A stretch of 64,000 nt of DNA. Origin: Octopus vulgaris (lineage: Eukaryota). This document shows positions 62,264 through 64,000 of the stretch, piece by piece. Made by a program: the position numbers and the translations under genes. How positions within the stretch are numbered: the first letter of the stretch is position 1; every line of letters starts with the position of its first letter. The DNA lies in NCBI GenBank assembly GCA_951406725.2, contig OX597824.1, forward strand, positions 66,526,001 through 66,590,000, given 5' to 3'. The notes below the pieces were generated by a model. The model saw only the letters and a list, made by a program, of their open reading frames with translations, ran no database searches and was not told the origin of the DNA.

Positions 62264-62309
<46 letters not shown>

Positions 62310-62355
62310 TACATATGCATATATATATGCGTATATACATACATATATATACATA

Positions 62356-63735
62356 TGAGGTGGACGCAAGCTCAACTGCTGGTCCTGATGGTGTCCCAAC
62401 AATCGTCCCCAAATCACGTAAGCGTGCCCTGGCAAAACTCCTCCAGATTCTCTTCTAGAGCTTTCTTGCAAATGGCAGACTGCCAAGTAAGCTGAAGGAG
62501 GGAATAATATGCCCAATCCATAAAGGGAGAAGCAGAGCAGATGCCAAAAACTATAGGCCTATCTCTCTGACTTCACACATCAGCAAAGTCACGGAACGGG
62601 TAGTCAGAGGGTAACTAATCGCATTCCTTGAAGAAAATAACTTGCTGAGTGATACCCAGTGTGGCTTTCGACCAAGTAGGAGCTGCCTGACTCAGCTCTT
62701 ATAACATTATGACTGGGTGTTGAGGCAGTCACTCAACAACTCAAATGTGGACGGATTATACCTTGATTTTGCAAAAGCCTTTGACAAAGTGGATTATACA
62801 TTATTTACATTATTTACATTTGACTGATATTTGTCCTCCTCTTGTTTGTTGTTAACACGTTTTGACTGATATACTCTCCAGCCTTCATCAAGTGTCTTGG
62901 GGAAATTTTCTCATTCCTAAGGTATTTTTTAATGTTATTATCATTATTATTATTATTATTATTCAGGTCACTGCCTGGAATCTTGAGGTTAGTAGCCCGC
63001 ACTCTTAACCACTACGCCATATGCCCATGGGCATAACTGCCCAGATAGTCATCCTTGCTAGCTATGCAGACGATATGAAAGTCTTGCAAAAAATACAGAA
63101 CCCCAGCAATGTTGCACATCTGCAGCAGGAGTTGGACTCAATTTATAGATGCGCTGAGTATAATATGCAGTTTAATGCTGAAATATTCTAAGTCCTGCAC
63201 TACCAGCATCCAAAACTGAATATGAAACTTACAGGGTACACTGGTCCACAGGAAATTTCAATCCCAGAGCCTAAATCAGTGAGGGACCTGGGTATCGACA
63301 TGAGTGATGATACTTCTCTCCGAGTTCACATTACCAGGATGGCAACAAAGTGCAGACGACTGGCTGGATGGATCCCAAGAACATTCAGAACCAGAGATAA
63401 GGAAACCATAATGGTCCTATGGATGACATTTGTCCTCAGCTGCCTGGATTACTGCTTCCAGCTATAGTCACCCACCAGTGTGAGATTAACAGCGGACGTT
63501 GAAGCAATCCAGAGAAGATTCACAAAGAAGATCGTCTCTTTGCAACAGCTCAGCTACTGGGAAAGGTTGAAATAGCTAAGACTCTACTCCTTGGAGCAAA
63601 AATAGGAGAGGTATGCAGTAATATACATCTGGAAGATCCTGGAAGGAATTGTGCTAAATTTTGGTATTGAAAGCTACACCTATACCAGAATGGGTCAACA
63701 CCGCATAGTGCCAAAGATCCCAGGAATGCCATTGC
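62356..63735 (+). mobile_element. CR1-like LINE RT relic interrupted by a SINE-like insertion
   Basis: AGPDG...PIHKG...NYRPISLTS...GFRPSRSCLTQLL...YLDFAKAFDKVD // SYADDMK...RDLGI...LDYC. Confidence 0.9.
62798..63026 (-). mobile_element. tRNA-headed short element with a hammerhead-like body and (TGTAAATAA)n tail
   Basis: GGGCATATGGCGTAGTGGTTAAGAGTGCGGGCTACTAACC head (A-box), then (AAT)n, an HHR-like fold at 62854-62896 and a 9-bp repeat tail. Confidence 0.65.
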
Positions 63736-63835
63736 ATTGTTTCCTTTGGAAACAATTCAAACTTTGTATGAGTCCATAGCTCATAGAATTCAAGCTGTAA
63801 TTACTGCCAGCTTACATTATTTTGTCCAACTCCTG

Positions 63836-63915
<80 letters not shown>

Positions 63916-64000
63916 CACATTTACGTATGTATGTATGTATGTATGTATGTATGTATGCATGTATGTGTGTGTATATATATATACATGCATGCATACATAC

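Overview
AT-rich, microsatellite-dense eukaryotic DNA. The SINE/LINE repertoire suggests an octopus (coleoid cephalopod) genome, which is an inference. Most ORF-track entries are microsatellite or transposon artefacts. By hand-splicing I recover three genes. (1) A complete 15-exon ALDH6A1 (methylmalonate-semialdehyde dehydrogenase; + strand, 11333-43182, 528 aa, all GT-AG and phase-consistent). (2) The first five coding exons of a PH-domain protein (+, 52902-60420, continuing past the window). (3) Two probable 5' exons of an unidentified minus-strand gene (1310->9) with an RFX X-box just upstream. Introns and intergenic DNA contain tRNA-derived SINEs, RTE and CR1-like LINE fragments, Tc1/mariner relics, MITEs and three Penelope-like element (PLE) remnants. 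The most notable signal is a set of hammerhead ribozyme (HHR) motifs: eight cores in about five element types. The best case is a non-coding ~265-bp, tandem, circularly permuted HHR-bearing unit in ALDH6A1 intron 1, present as an inverted pair, that looks like an animal retrozyme/small circRNA. A tRNA-headed SINE-like element also carries a decayed HHR. All folds were done by eye and no ribozyme activity is demonstrated.
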